Translations under genes and position numbers: made by a program
Shown here: one piece after another, positions 8,588-18,799 of the stretch
Position numbering within the stretch: position 1 is the stretch's first letter
Layout of the letters: each line of letters begins with the position of its first letter
Notes under the pieces: model-generated
Seen by the model: the letters and a program-made list of their open reading frames with translations, nothing else
What the model was told of the DNA's origin: nothing
The model's database searches: none
Assembly: GCA_050951325.1 (NCBI GenBank)
Contig: JBMNIW010000007.1
Location: forward strand, 1-64,000
Direction: 5' to 3'
DNA: 64,000 bases
Source of the DNA: Clostridia bacterium
GTDB taxonomy: Bacteria; Bacillota; Clostridia; UBA1212; DUPL01

Positions 8588-9870
8588 TTGGGCAAGTATC
8601 CTCCAATGCTTCTCAACTTGTCCTGAAGCTCTCTAATATTTACATTCCTGGTTTCGCCATCTTTGTTCGCAGCAAGCACTGAAGCCATACCGCAAGCCTG
8701 ACCTGTAATGTAGCAGCCGGGCATAACCCTTATTGAAGACTGCATCTTCTTGTCGGTACTTATGCATCTGCCGCCCACCAGAACGTTGGCAAGCTTTACG
8801 GGAACCAACGACCTGTACGGAATTCCGTAGCTCTCTCCAGGCTGATACCTAAGTCCGTGGAACTCCTGCAAGAACTTGTCATAAGAATCCTTTGACGGAT
8901 CAGGATGAATATCGATTGGATAATAGTATCTTCCAATTTCGTCATCAAAACTTGCCCGCTTGACATAATCTTCTTCATTCAAAACATATTCTCCAACTAT
9001 TCTCCTTGATTCCCTGACGCCAAGATACGAGCCCGATATTGCAACACTGGTGTTTGCATATCCTCCACCCAGATACTCCCTGTAATATTTCTCAAACTCG
9101 GGAAGTATTTTTCTACCTGTAACCATTGCCTGTGTAAGAGACCTTTCATCCGTTGCAACAACATTGTAACAGTGGCCAATGTTTCCACCACCCAAGTGTT
9201 CTCCAGTTCTCCACATTCCAGACAAATGATAATCTTCCTGGGTGAATACTCCGTCTGCAAACGCTCTTGCCAGTTCCCTACTGTCTGGTTTTTGCACATT
9301 ATCCCAGTCAATATCCACCCAGATAGAGCACAAGGTTGCAGGCATGCATTTTCCGTCTTCATCCCCCATCTCATAGGGGTTTCCTGCCATGGCACACAAA
9401 TCTCCATCTCCTGTGGCATCCACAAAGACTTTTGCCTTTATTGCATATATCCCGCTTTTGGCAGACACTATCGCATATTTTACAAATCCATTCTCTACAA
9501 CTACATCAATCAGATTTGTGTGGAAAAGGAAATCACATCCCGATTCGATGACCATGTTGTCATATATTCTTTTCAGCTTCTCCACCCTTATGCCTGTACC
9601 ATACTTTTCGATTTCACAGGCATCATATATTTCTCTGCCTATTCCTCCTGAAAGAAAGACATCTCCATTTGCAAATCTCATAAATGCAGGTACCAAAGCC
9701 GCTGTTGCAGCTCCGCCAAAAAAGCCATTTGAGTCAATCATCAAAACTCTTGCGCCCTGCCTTGCAGCAGTTACACCTGCGGCAACACCAGCAGGTCCTC
9801 CACCAATCACACATACATCTACATCATATCTTACTTCAATTTTCTTTCCATAATCAAATGTCATATTCAT
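8584..9870 (-). CDS. FAD-dependent oxidoreductase (FAD_oxidored family)
   Basis: GGGPAG, DATGDGD, GVRESRRIVGEY, YGIPYRSLVP, SSIRVM; AGGAG RBS; ATGA overlap with the next gene. Confidence 0.88.
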   Translation of the reverse strand: MNMTFDYGKKIEVRYDVDVCVIGGGPAGVAAGVTAARQGARVLMIDSNGFFGGAATAALVPAFMRFANGDVFLSGGIGREIYDACEIEKYGTGIRVEKLKRIYDNMVIESGCDFLFHTNLIDVVVENGFVKYAIVSAKSGIYAIKAKVFVDATGDGDLCAMAGNPYEMGDEDGKCMPATLCSIWVDIDWDNVQKPDSRELARAFADGVFTQEDYHLSGMWRTGEHLGGGNIGHCYNVVATDERSLTQAMVTGRKILPEFEKYYREYLGGGYANTSVAISGSYLGVRESRRIVGEYVLNEEDYVKRASFDDEIGRYYYPIDIHPDPSKDSYDKFLQEFHGLRYQPGESYGIPYRSLVPVKLANVLVGGRCISTDKKMQSSIRVMPGCYITGQACGMASVLAANKDGETRNVNIRELQDKLRSIGGYLPK

Positions 9871-9976
9871 GCTCCTTGTACTAGATTTCATCTTGGTATG
9901 ATATCACTAAGGCATTGTTTTAACAAGCTTGACTATTAATGCCTTTTTGGTATAATACCACAAAAAAAGGAGCACC

Positions 9977-10636
9977 ATGTACAAAATTAATGACAGAATA
10001 ATAAAAGTTGCCATATTTGATCTTGATGGAACACTTTTGGACTCTTTGGGAGTCTGGTCCGATATTGATATTAAGTTTCTTTCAAAAAGGAATCTGGAAG
10101 TTCCTTCAGATTATGCGAAAAACATTTCAGGCCTCAGTTTCAAACAGGTTGCAGAATACACAGTCAAATATTTCAATCTGAAAGAAAACGTTGAGGATGT
10201 TATGAAGGAATGGTTTGAAATGGCCGTGGAAGAGTACTCTACCAACGTTTTGCTAAAGCCCTATGCCAAGGATTACCTGCGCTATGTTAAAGACGAAGGA
10301 GTAAGATTGTGTGTTGCAACAAACCTTCCCGCATCCCTATCCGTACCAGCACTAAAAAACAATGATGTTATGGACTTTTTTGACGCCATTTACCAGCCTG
10401 AGGACGTGGGAAAAAGCAAAAATCACCCTGACTTGTTTCTTTACTGTGCAAAGGAGTTAAATACAAACCCCGAGAGTTGTATTGTCTTTGAAGACATTCC
10501 TTCAAACATTCAAGGCGCCAAAAAAGCCAATATGCTTACCTGCGGGGTTTATGATTCATATTCTTTATACTATCAGGAAGACTTGAAGAAACTTTCAGAC
10601 ATCTACATCACAAGCTACAAAGAACTGCTAGCGTAA
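9977..10636 (+). CDS. HAD-superfamily phosphatase
   Basis: FDLDGTLLDS, KNHPD, VFED motifs. Confidence 0.9.
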   Translation: MYKINDRIIKVAIFDLDGTLLDSLGVWSDIDIKFLSKRNLEVPSDYAKNISGLSFKQVAEYTVKYFNLKENVEDVMKEWFEMAVEEYSTNVLLKPYAKDYLRYVKDEGVRLCVATNLPASLSVPALKNNDVMDFFDAIYQPEDVGKSKNHPDLFLYCAKELNTNPESCIVFEDIPSNIQGAKKANMLTCGVYDSYSLYYQEDLKKLSDIYITSYKELLA

Positions 10637-12019
10637 ATGCCACCTGGGAGTCTGGTCCAAAAACGAACCGACCACTGGGGGGTCGTATTCATAACCAGGC
10701 ACTTCCAATCCATATTTCTCAAAATATTTGCACAATTCTTTTCTCTTTTCAGAAAAGACCTCTTCATCCTTTATGGGGTTTAGCTCCAAAGGATCCTTTT
10801 CCAAATCAAATAAAAACTCCCTTCTGCCGTTTGCCATGTATATGTACTTGTATTTGTCCCACCTAATCATGGCTTTGAATCTTCTTCCAAATCCGTATTG
10901 GGCATAAAGACAGTCTCTTGTATATGTGTTCTCCATAGTGCAGACATCCGTTAAATCCACACCGCAGGAAATCTCCGGCACCTCTCCACCTGCTGCCTTA
11001 ATTATGGTTGCATAGATGTCAGGCAATATTGCCAAAGAGTTTACTTCAACGCCTTGTTTGAACACTTTTGGATAACTTAACACAAAAGGAATCTTTGCCG
11101 ATTCTTCATAATACGTCCTTTTGCCATACCCGTTATGGTCGCCCAGCATCTCACCATGGTCCGCAGTCAAAACTACAAGTGTATTTTCCCACAGATTGTT
11201 CTCTTCAAGACAGTCGAGTATCTTTCCAATATATTCATCCACTTGGGTAACAGAGGCGTAGTAATACGCCTTTATCTTTTTCTTATCATAATCACTTAGT
11301 TTATCAATACCGTCCACCTTGTATCCATTCTGTACAAGAATTGCATCATCTATTATCTCATCCACCTGTATGGGAAGAGGCATGTTTTCAACATCATACA
11401 TCTCATGGTATGGCTTGCAAGGATCAAACGGCGGATGCGGCTTTATAAACGAGGAAAAGATAAAGAAAGGTCTGTTCTTGTTCTTTTCAATAACATCAAT
11501 TGTCTTGTTTGCAGTCCAGGCTGTGGTATGTACTTCTTTTGGAAGCTCGCTAATTTGAGGAACATAATATGTCTTGCTTCTCTTTCCATGCGGCTCTATA
11601 ACATGCCCGTAGCCTTCATCCCTTAGATATTTCAAGTACTCATCATCTTCAATATGTGAAGGAATTTCTTCCGACAGATACATATGATCAAATCCAAAAT
11701 GCTCCCTTACAGGAACAAAGTGCATCTTTCCAACAGCGCATGTGTAATATCCCAAATCCCTGATAATCCTGGGCAATGGGTATCTTATCTCTTTCCTGTT
11801 TAATGAGTTTTCATTCAATCCTATCTCAAAAGCATTCTGCCCGGATATTAGCGAATGCCTTGCTGGTATGCATACAGGTGTCTGACTGTATGCATTTGTA
11901 AAACTTACTCCCCTGTTTCTAAGTCTGTCGAAGTTCGGGGTTTTTACTATGTTGCTTGTAAGGCAGTCGTACCTCAACTGGTCACACATAATTAGAAGTA
12001 TGTTTGGTTTCAATTTCAT
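10628..12019 (-). CDS. cytoplasmic Cys-type sulfatase
   Basis: PNILLIMCDQLR, CIPARHSLISG (CxPxR), GKMH, PHPP, ADHG; GGAGGAGG RBS. Confidence 0.92.
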   Translation of the reverse strand: MKLKPNILLIMCDQLRYDCLTSNIVKTPNFDRLRNRGVSFTNAYSQTPVCIPARHSLISGQNAFEIGLNENSLNRKEIRYPLPRIIRDLGYYTCAVGKMHFVPVREHFGFDHMYLSEEIPSHIEDDEYLKYLRDEGYGHVIEPHGKRSKTYYVPQISELPKEVHTTAWTANKTIDVIEKNKNRPFFIFSSFIKPHPPFDPCKPYHEMYDVENMPLPIQVDEIIDDAILVQNGYKVDGIDKLSDYDKKKIKAYYYASVTQVDEYIGKILDCLEENNLWENTLVVLTADHGEMLGDHNGYGKRTYYEESAKIPFVLSYPKVFKQGVEVNSLAILPDIYATIIKAAGGEVPEISCGVDLTDVCTMENTYTRDCLYAQYGFGRRFKAMIRWDKYKYIYMANGRREFLFDLEKDPLELNPIKDEEVFSEKRKELCKYFEKYGLEVPGYEYDPPVVGSFLDQTPRWHLR

Positions 12020-12211
12020 ATCCTCCTCCATGGCTATATTACCTTGGTTATTTTCTTAACAGACAGTTTAATTGCCTCCATTTCGATATGTTTTCCCATA
12101 TTATAACATTAATTTATCTGCTAGAAAATGCACAAACTTGACTTTTTTTGATATGACAGTAAAATATATAATACGTGATATAAATACAAAAGTTAAAATG
12201 GCAGGGATAGT

Positions 12212-13273
12212 ATGCTCAATTTTTTAGAAATGAAGCTGAATTTGTTGCAAATGAACAGCGAAGAACGAATGTACAAAGAATATTATATGGCTCAAAACGA
12301 TCCTGAAAGACTCAGGGAATTCCTGGAGAGCTTCAAGGATGACTCACAGGAACACTTAAACCTTTGGATACCTGAACTTAATCCAAATCCAATTGAATGC
12401 TATAATGAAGAGGACTGCATGAGCGATTCAAGGCAAAACATTTCTGTTAAAAAACACAACAGATACATGCCTCTGTTCAAGCACAGGCATGCATTTTTTG
12501 AAATGGTTTATGTGCTGGACGGCATTGCAAAAATTACAATAAATGATGAGAAAGTCAATATGAAAACGGGAGACATATGTATAATTGCCCCTGAAGCTAC
12601 CCATACAGTAAGCGTTTTCAATGACGACAGTATTGTGCTGAACATACTTATAAGGAAAAGTACTTTCAAGGAAACCTTCACAAGCCAGATTTCCGAGGAT
12701 TCGGTACTTTCACAATTCTTTATGCGCATCTTCTACTCAAGCGATAAAAACAGCTATATTCTCTTCCATACGGAAGACGATGACATGTTGAATCATCTTC
12801 TTGACTATCTCATCTGGGAAGGTTTGAATCCTTCGGAATACAGTACAAATATAATGGACAACCTGCTCAAGACCATATTCTGCTACCTGCTCAAAAACCA
12901 CAAGGACAATTCGCAGGTATCGAAAACACTAACCACATCCTCCACGGATGTCATAACCATTCTCAACTATATTCAGCAGAACTATGCAACTATTTCTCTG
13001 CAGAGTCTTGCTGACCATTTCAATTATTCCACTTCCCACTTGAGCAGACTAATAAAAAAACACACAGGAACAACTTTTGCAAAGATCTTGCAGGATATAA
13101 AGCTTAAGAAAGGCTGCAGTCTTCTTGAGAATTCCAATCTGCCCATAAAAGACATAAGTGATTTGATTGGATATGAGTCGGTTGAATATTTTACAAGAAT
13201 TTTTAAGAAAACCTATAATATGACGCCAAGTGAATACAGGCAATCAAAAGCTCTTTCAAATATATCAAACTAA
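12212..13273 (+). CDS. AraC-family regulator (cupin sensor plus HTH)
   Basis: HRHAFFEMVYV; GYESVEYFTRIFKKTYNMTPSEYR. Confidence 0.92.
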   Translation: MLNFLEMKLNLLQMNSEERMYKEYYMAQNDPERLREFLESFKDDSQEHLNLWIPELNPNPIECYNEEDCMSDSRQNISVKKHNRYMPLFKHRHAFFEMVYVLDGIAKITINDEKVNMKTGDICIIAPEATHTVSVFNDDSIVLNILIRKSTFKETFTSQISEDSVLSQFFMRIFYSSDKNSYILFHTEDDDMLNHLLDYLIWEGLNPSEYSTNIMDNLLKTIFCYLLKNHKDNSQVSKTLTTSSTDVITILNYIQQNYATISLQSLADHFNYSTSHLSRLIKKHTGTTFAKILQDIKLKKGCSLLENSNLPIKDISDLIGYESVEYFTRIFKKTYNMTPSEYRQSKALSNISN

Positions 13274-13322
13274 CGTTCGCTAAAATCTTACTGTTGACAC
13301 GAACAATTGTTTGTATTAGTAT
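13267..13322 (+). promoter_or_regulatory. SigA promoter with two LexA (Cheo) boxes
   Basis: AAAC-taac-GTTC at 13267-13278 and GAAC-aatt-GTTT at 13301-13312; TTGACA(13294)-17-TAGTAT(13317). Confidence 0.8.
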
Positions 13323-13366
13323 ATTATACGTAGAGAAAATGACAGTAAGATTTAAGGTGAACATCA

Positions 13367-14608
13367 ATGGCAAAAATTTTTCTTCACTCGGATTTGAATA
13401 ACTTCTTTGCTTCAGTGGAGTGTCTTTATGACCCTTCACTTAGAGATAAACCCGTGGCGGTATGCGGAAATCCCGAAGCTCGCCACGGTATTGTTCTTGC
13501 CAAAAACATGCTGGCAAAGAAAAAAGGGGTCAAAACAGGAGAAGCTTTGTGGCAGGCAAAAGAAAAATGCCGGGATATAGTGTTTGTAAAGCCCCACTAT
13601 GACAGGTATCTGAAGTTTTCAGAACTGGCCCAAGAGATATATAAAGAGTATACGGATCTTATATACCCTTATGGAATTGATGAAGCCTGGCTGGATGTCA
13701 CCTCCAGTACCGGATTGTTTGGAAGCGGTGAAAAGATGGCGAATGAAATAAGGGAAAGAATAAAGTATGAACTCGGGATTACCGTCTCTGTCGGAGTATC
13801 ATACAACAAGGTGTTTGCAAAACTGGGTTCTGATATGAAAAAGCCTGATGCCACAACAGTTATTACAAAAGAAAATTTTATGAAAAAGGTGTGGCCTCTC
13901 CCTGTTTCGGATCTTTTGTTTGTAGGCTCTTCAACGAAGCGAAAATTAAATCTGTATTCAATAAAAACAATAGGTGACCTTGCAACCTGTGATACAAAGC
14001 TTTTATTGAGCCTTCTCGGAAAGAACGGCATCATGCTTCAAAACTTTGCAAACGGTCATGAATACGCAGACGATGTTCCACATTTACAGGAACCCCCTAT
14101 TAGAAGCATAGGAAACAGCACAACTACTCCAAGGGATTTGATAACGGACGATGATGTCAGAATTGTTCTTTATGTCCTATGCGAAAGCGTTGCAGGCAGA
14201 ATGCGGGATCACGACTTTGCATGCAGGACCGTACAGATATATATTCGAAACAAGGATTTAAGGAGTTGTTTGCGTCAGGGACCATTGGACTTCCCCACGC
14301 AAAACTCCTACATGCTTTTTGACAAGGCTTTCAGCCTTTACAAACAGCATCACAACGGAGACCCCATCAGATCCATTGGCGTGAGGGCATGCAATCTGTT
14401 TGTGCAAAGCCATGTGCAGCTTTCCTTCTATCCGGACGTGGCACAAAACGAAAGACGCTACCAACTTGAATGTGCAATTGACAAAATACGCAACCGCTTC
14501 GGAAGAAACATACTGACAAGAGGCGTAATGCTCACACAAAGAAAGCTGTCTTCTTTTGATCCGACTTCAAATACTTTTGGAGGAAAGGTGTCGACACATG
14601 AAGGTTAA
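13367..14608 (+). CDS. dinB: Y-family translesion DNA polymerase (Pol IV/DinB-like)
   Basis: HSDLNNFFASVE, GIDEAWLD, AKLGSDMKKPD, QLSF clamp motif. Confidence 0.92.
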   Translation: MAKIFLHSDLNNFFASVECLYDPSLRDKPVAVCGNPEARHGIVLAKNMLAKKKGVKTGEALWQAKEKCRDIVFVKPHYDRYLKFSELAQEIYKEYTDLIYPYGIDEAWLDVTSSTGLFGSGEKMANEIRERIKYELGITVSVGVSYNKVFAKLGSDMKKPDATTVITKENFMKKVWPLPVSDLLFVGSSTKRKLNLYSIKTIGDLATCDTKLLLSLLGKNGIMLQNFANGHEYADDVPHLQEPPIRSIGNSTTTPRDLITDDDVRIVLYVLCESVAGRMRDHDFACRTVQIYIRNKDLRSCLRQGPLDFPTQNSYMLFDKAFSLYKQHHNGDPIRSIGVRACNLFVQSHVQLSFYPDVAQNERRYQLECAIDKIRNRFGRNILTRGVMLTQRKLSSFDPTSNTFGGKVSTHEG

Positions 14609-14843
14609 AAAGGTTTTTGTCGAAGTTATTGCAAAATTCGATCCTGATGGAGTTGTTACACCCCTGGCTATCATTTGGGAGGATGGAAGAAGGTTTGAAA
14701 TCGACAGGGTCCTTGATATGAGAAGAGCCGCCAGTCTGAAAGCTGGCGGCATAGGAATACGATATACTTGTAGAATTAGAAACAAGGAAACATACCTTTA
14801 CTACGAAGGACCAAACTGGTTTGTGGAGCAGGTCATTTCCTAA
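14598..14843 (+). CDS. small beta-rich partner protein of the Y-family polymerase
   Basis: 81 aa, overlaps the dinB stop, GGAAAGGTG RBS; P..IIWEDGRRFEID...AGGIGIRY...WFVE. Confidence 0.75.
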   Translation: MKVKKVFVEVIAKFDPDGVVTPLAIIWEDGRRFEIDRVLDMRRAASLKAGGIGIRYTCRIRNKETYLYYEGPNWFVEQVIS

Positions 14844-15343
14844 ATCCACTCCACAATCTCATCTAGAGATTTCCTTCGTTTTTCTTTAACTTCTTCCTTT
14901 TCGGGATATCCTATGGGTATGAGGGCTATTGCTTCCATGTGGACAGGCAAATTCAATATTTCATGACATAATTTTGCATCAAAGGCACAAACCCAGCATG
15001 TGCCAAGGCCCACATCGCTGGCTGCCAGAGTCAGGTGGTCCACGCTAATTGCTACATCGACATCCACATGGTCTTTTCCATCCGCCCTTTTCCAGGAGCT
15101 TTGTCTGTCTCCCACCGCCACAATCACACAAGGAGCTTTCTTGAACCATTCCCTGGGATAAGCCTGGTGGATTTTTGAAAGCATGTCCTTGTCAGTAACA
15201 ACATAGAACTTAACCGGCTGCAGATTGCAGGCAGAAGGCGCATATCTTGCAGCTTCAACAACGTATTCAAGTTTTTCCCTTTCAATCTCTTTGTTTAAAA
15301 AACTTCTCAAAGAATATCTTTTCCTTGCCAAATCGAGAAACAT
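14840..15343 (-). CDS. nitroreductase family protein
   Basis: RYSLRSF, APSACNLQP, GLGTCWV, IPIGYP. Confidence 0.92.
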   Translation of the reverse strand: MFLDLARKRYSLRSFLNKEIEREKLEYVVEAARYAPSACNLQPVKFYVVTDKDMLSKIHQAYPREWFKKAPCVIVAVGDRQSSWKRADGKDHVDVDVAISVDHLTLAASDVGLGTCWVCAFDAKLCHEILNLPVHMEAIALIPIGYPEKEEVKEKRRKSLDEIVEWI

Positions 15344-15448
15344 ATTAAAACCCCCTTCTTTTTTACATTATATGGCCAGACACTACCTTTGTCAAAAAGG
15401 TATATTTTCAGAGTACGGGTTTAAAATAAAATGGGAGGAGATGAAACC

Positions 15449-15946
15449 ATGAAAAGAATAATAAACCTTATATTGATAATCTCGACATTATCAAGTTTGT
15501 TTGTTAATGCAACGCAAAATAAAGAGCAGGTAAACAAACAGCTTGTTCAAAACATACTCAATACAGCTTACTCGCATCTTAAGACTTGCGAGCAGGAGTA
15601 CAAGGCAGTTTCAGAAAAGTTCAACAGGGAAAAACCCTTTATCAAATTACAAAGACGACTGGAGCCTTGCATGGACATGCTTAATCAGTTATACAAGGAA
15701 TACGGTCTAAAACCACCCAGAATAGCTGTGAGTACAAAGGCTCCGGACAGCCTTGACGAATATTATAAATTTGCACTTGAAAAAGAAAAGAACATGCTGG
15801 AAACCTACAGAGGTTTTCTAAAAGAAGAAATGCCCCAGGATGTAAGGAGTGCAGTTCACAAACTGATGGAATTGTCTGCGAACAATGCAAAAGTATACAG
15901 GTTCATCCTTGAGGCAAAAAACAAGTTAAACAAAGCTAGAAGCTAG
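15449..15946 (+). CDS. exported helical protein, ferritin-like (DUF2202-like)
   Basis: Signal peptide; ALEKEKNMLETYRGFL..PQDVR pattern; GGAGGAG RBS. Confidence 0.5.
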   Translation: MKRIINLILIISTLSSLFVNATQNKEQVNKQLVQNILNTAYSHLKTCEQEYKAVSEKFNREKPFIKLQRRLEPCMDMLNQLYKEYGLKPPRIAVSTKAPDSLDEYYKFALEKEKNMLETYRGFLKEEMPQDVRSAVHKLMELSANNAKVYRFILEAKNKLNKARS

Positions 15947-17187
15947 GAATCCTTCAGACTTGATCCAAGAAGCTGCATGTCGTTTCCTGACGGCTTCTGG
16001 AATATACGAAGTTCAAAAGTATCAACCACTGAAAATATATGGTCAAAGATATCAGCCTGCACATTCTCGTAAGTAACCCATTGGGTATTGTCGACAAAGG
16101 CATAAATCTCAAGAGGCAGTCCCCTGTCATCGGGAGAAAGCTGCCTGACCATCCTTATAAGTCCCTTGTGAACTCTGGGATGGTTCTCCAAATAATACTC
16201 AATATACTTTCTGAAAGTACCTATGTTGGTTAAATGCCTTCCATTTACCAGCAGGCTGGTATCTATAGCATGCTCCTCGTTATACTCCTCAATCTCTTTT
16301 TCCTTGTTTTCAATATATTCTGTCAACAGCTGAATCTTTTTAAACCTTTCAAGCATTTCGGGAGTACAGAACTTTATACTGGTCACGTCAATATATATTG
16401 CCCTCTTGATACGTCTTCCACCTGTTTCATGCATGCCCCTCCAGTTCTTGAAGGAATCAGAAACAAGAGCGTATGCAGGTATGGTGGTTATGGTCTTGTC
16501 CCAGTTTCTAACCTTGACCGTATTCAAAGTTATTTCAATAACATCACCATCCGCTCCATATTTAGGCATCTCTATCCAATCGCCAATTCTGAGCATGTCA
16601 TTTGTAGTGAGCTGAACACCTGCAACAAAACCCATGATGGAGTCCTTGAAAACAAGAGTGGTAATCGCTGTCAAAGCACCGATACTGCTAAGTAGTATCC
16701 AGGGACTCTTGTCAAGTATTACGGAAATCACAAGGACGCCCATTATGATATAAACAACAATCTTGATGATTTGCAAAAATCCTTTAATTGGTCTTGCCTT
16801 GGATACTGGAAATGTCATGTAAATGTCGTTTGCAGCATCAAGAACGGCAGATAAAACAAAGGCTACATTCAAGTATACGAAAGATAAAGCCGCCCTTTCA
16901 ATCACAACCCTGATTTCAGGAATTATTGGCGCAGATACATATATAATTATCGCAGGCACTAGTCTTGCCAACTTGGTAAAAACTTTTCTTTTCAAAAACG
17001 CATCGTCCCAGGATGACTTTGTCTTGTTAATATACATGCTCAGCAGCTTCAGTACAACTTTTGTTGTTATGAGATAGGCAATAATACAAACAGCAAGTAT
17101 GCTGACAACCTTGAGTCCTTGTACCAACACGGCAACAAGAACCTTGCTTTCTGTCAATCTGGTCCATATGTCATTAATATATTTCAA
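15943..17187 (-). CDS. mechanosensitive channel, MscS family (YbdG-like)
   Basis: GDWIEMPKYGADGDV, NWDKTITTIP, GGRRIKR, LTNIGTFR. Confidence 0.92.
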   Translation of the reverse strand: MKYINDIWTRLTESKVLVAVLVQGLKVVSILAVCIIAYLITTKVVLKLLSMYINKTKSSWDDAFLKRKVFTKLARLVPAIIIYVSAPIIPEIRVVIERAALSFVYLNVAFVLSAVLDAANDIYMTFPVSKARPIKGFLQIIKIVVYIIMGVLVISVILDKSPWILLSSIGALTAITTLVFKDSIMGFVAGVQLTTNDMLRIGDWIEMPKYGADGDVIEITLNTVKVRNWDKTITTIPAYALVSDSFKNWRGMHETGGRRIKRAIYIDVTSIKFCTPEMLERFKKIQLLTEYIENKEKEIEEYNEEHAIDTSLLVNGRHLTNIGTFRKYIEYYLENHPRVHKGLIRMVRQLSPDDRGLPLEIYAFVDNTQWVTYENVQADIFDHIFSVVDTFELRIFQKPSGNDMQLLGSSLKDS

Positions 17188-17207
17188 AGTAACCCCTCCC
17201 TGAGATT

Positions 17208-17234
17208 ATATGATAATGTTTCCACGCATACACT
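17208..17234 (+). promoter_or_regulatory. SigE-like promoter
   Basis: ATA-N16-CATACACT upstream of the LysM gene. Confidence 0.5.
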
Positions 17235-17271
17235 TGTATTATAACAGGATATTAAAAGAGAGGGAAATTTA

Positions 17272-18621
17272 ATGCAGATTTTTTATACTGTCAGGAAAGG
17301 TGACACTTTGTACAATATTGCTTCCAGATGGCAAGTTCCGGTTGAATCGCTTGTCTATATGAATCATATCAGGGAGCCAAACCTGTTACAGATTGGAAGC
17401 CAATTGTCCATGCCCATGGGTATAACTTCATATGTAGTAAAACCGGGAGACACGCTTTTTAAAATATCAAGTTTCTATGGAATTTCCTTGGATACACTAA
17501 TCAACGCAAACAACATATCGCCTCCGTACACAATTTATCCAGACCAGGTATTAACAGTACCAGCCGGAGTGCCCTGGTACACTGTCAGGAAAGGAGACAC
17601 ATTGTTTTCCATTGCGAGAAGGTACAACACATCCAGCAGTTTAATATTTGAAGCAAACAATCTGGAAACACCAATAATCCATCCAGGCACAAACCTGAAA
17701 ATACCTTTTTCGCCGGATGAATCCTTCAATAATCTTGTTCTTATAATCTTCGATGATATAAATCACTTCCTTATTATATATAACGGATTTACAGGCGGCT
17801 TTGAAAGCATTAAGGTTCCGGATGGAGGAGACGGTGCACGTATTTTTGTTTCTCCGAACGGAAAACACATCTCTTATGTATCCAATGAAGGAATAATATA
17901 TGTCATAGACAAGGACACGGAAGAAGTTTCCTCCATTGATAAGATTGATGTACCTGGTTTTGTATCCTGGTCAAAACATGGGAACCGAATTGTTTATTCA
18001 AACAGCTCGGTAATAAGGTTGTATAATGTGTTGACAAGGCAGTTTGAAACCATTGAAAGACCGCTGGCAAGATATGTGCAGTTTCTGGACGAAGCCTCAC
18101 TTCTATTCGAATCCGGCATGTCCATCTACAAGTTGAATTTAATAGACAATACGGAAGAAAGAGTGTTTCAATTTTCAAATCCCATTAATGACGTACTTGC
18201 ATCTCCCGATGGCAGCTGGTTTCTTTTCACATCACCCGGTGCAAGCATATCTGAAATATACACAGTTAATCTAAACGACGGAAGTTTAAACAAACTTCCA
18301 AGTGGGCAGCAGGCTAAAAACTTCAATCCCGTTTGGTCTCATGATTCTTCCAGGATTGCCTATAGCGAAACAGTATTTGAAAATGGAAGATATTACTCGA
18401 TAATCAGGATAACTGAGCCTGTTGGAAATCTTGCCAGAAAAGTTGCCATATCAAACTCATATGCAACTCCACTGGTCTGGTCAAAAAACTCTCAAAATGT
18501 AGCATATATGTCCGGCAGGCATGATTTGTCAGTTTTTACCGAAGTGTGGTCTGTTAACACAAGCTTGGATGTTCCTAAAAGTATATTAACAGGCTTTACA
18601 TTCATTGATTTTGATATGTAG
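17272..18621 (+). CDS. 3x LysM plus TolB/WD40-like beta-propeller protein (likely spore cortex/coat associated)
   Basis: Three YTVRKGDTL/YVVKPGDTL repeats; SPNG, SPDG, WSHDS, WSKNS blade motifs; no signal peptide. Confidence 0.8.
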   Translation: MQIFYTVRKGDTLYNIASRWQVPVESLVYMNHIREPNLLQIGSQLSMPMGITSYVVKPGDTLFKISSFYGISLDTLINANNISPPYTIYPDQVLTVPAGVPWYTVRKGDTLFSIARRYNTSSSLIFEANNLETPIIHPGTNLKIPFSPDESFNNLVLIIFDDINHFLIIYNGFTGGFESIKVPDGGDGARIFVSPNGKHISYVSNEGIIYVIDKDTEEVSSIDKIDVPGFVSWSKHGNRIVYSNSSVIRLYNVLTRQFETIERPLARYVQFLDEASLLFESGMSIYKLNLIDNTEERVFQFSNPINDVLASPDGSWFLFTSPGASISEIYTVNLNDGSLNKLPSGQQAKNFNPVWSHDSSRIAYSETVFENGRYYSIIRITEPVGNLARKVAISNSYATPLVWSKNSQNVAYMSGRHDLSVFTEVWSVNTSLDVPKSILTGFTFIDFDM

Positions 18622-18799
18622 AATTGTTATTGAGTTGTTTCTAATTTTAACAATAATTATCTATGCTTTACATAATTTGATATGGACAATTTATTCTTTT
18701 TGCTTTATAATAACGTATATTATACTCAACCTGATTATTTTGGTTGACATGTATAATGATGTGTGGTATATATGGAGAAAAATAGGAGGTAAAAGGAAA

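Noticed and set aside
18605-18799. Hydrophobic N-terminal extension of the 836-aa oppA ORF
   Set aside because: AT-rich promoter DNA (TTGACA at 18744); the true start is ATG 18800 after AGGAGG
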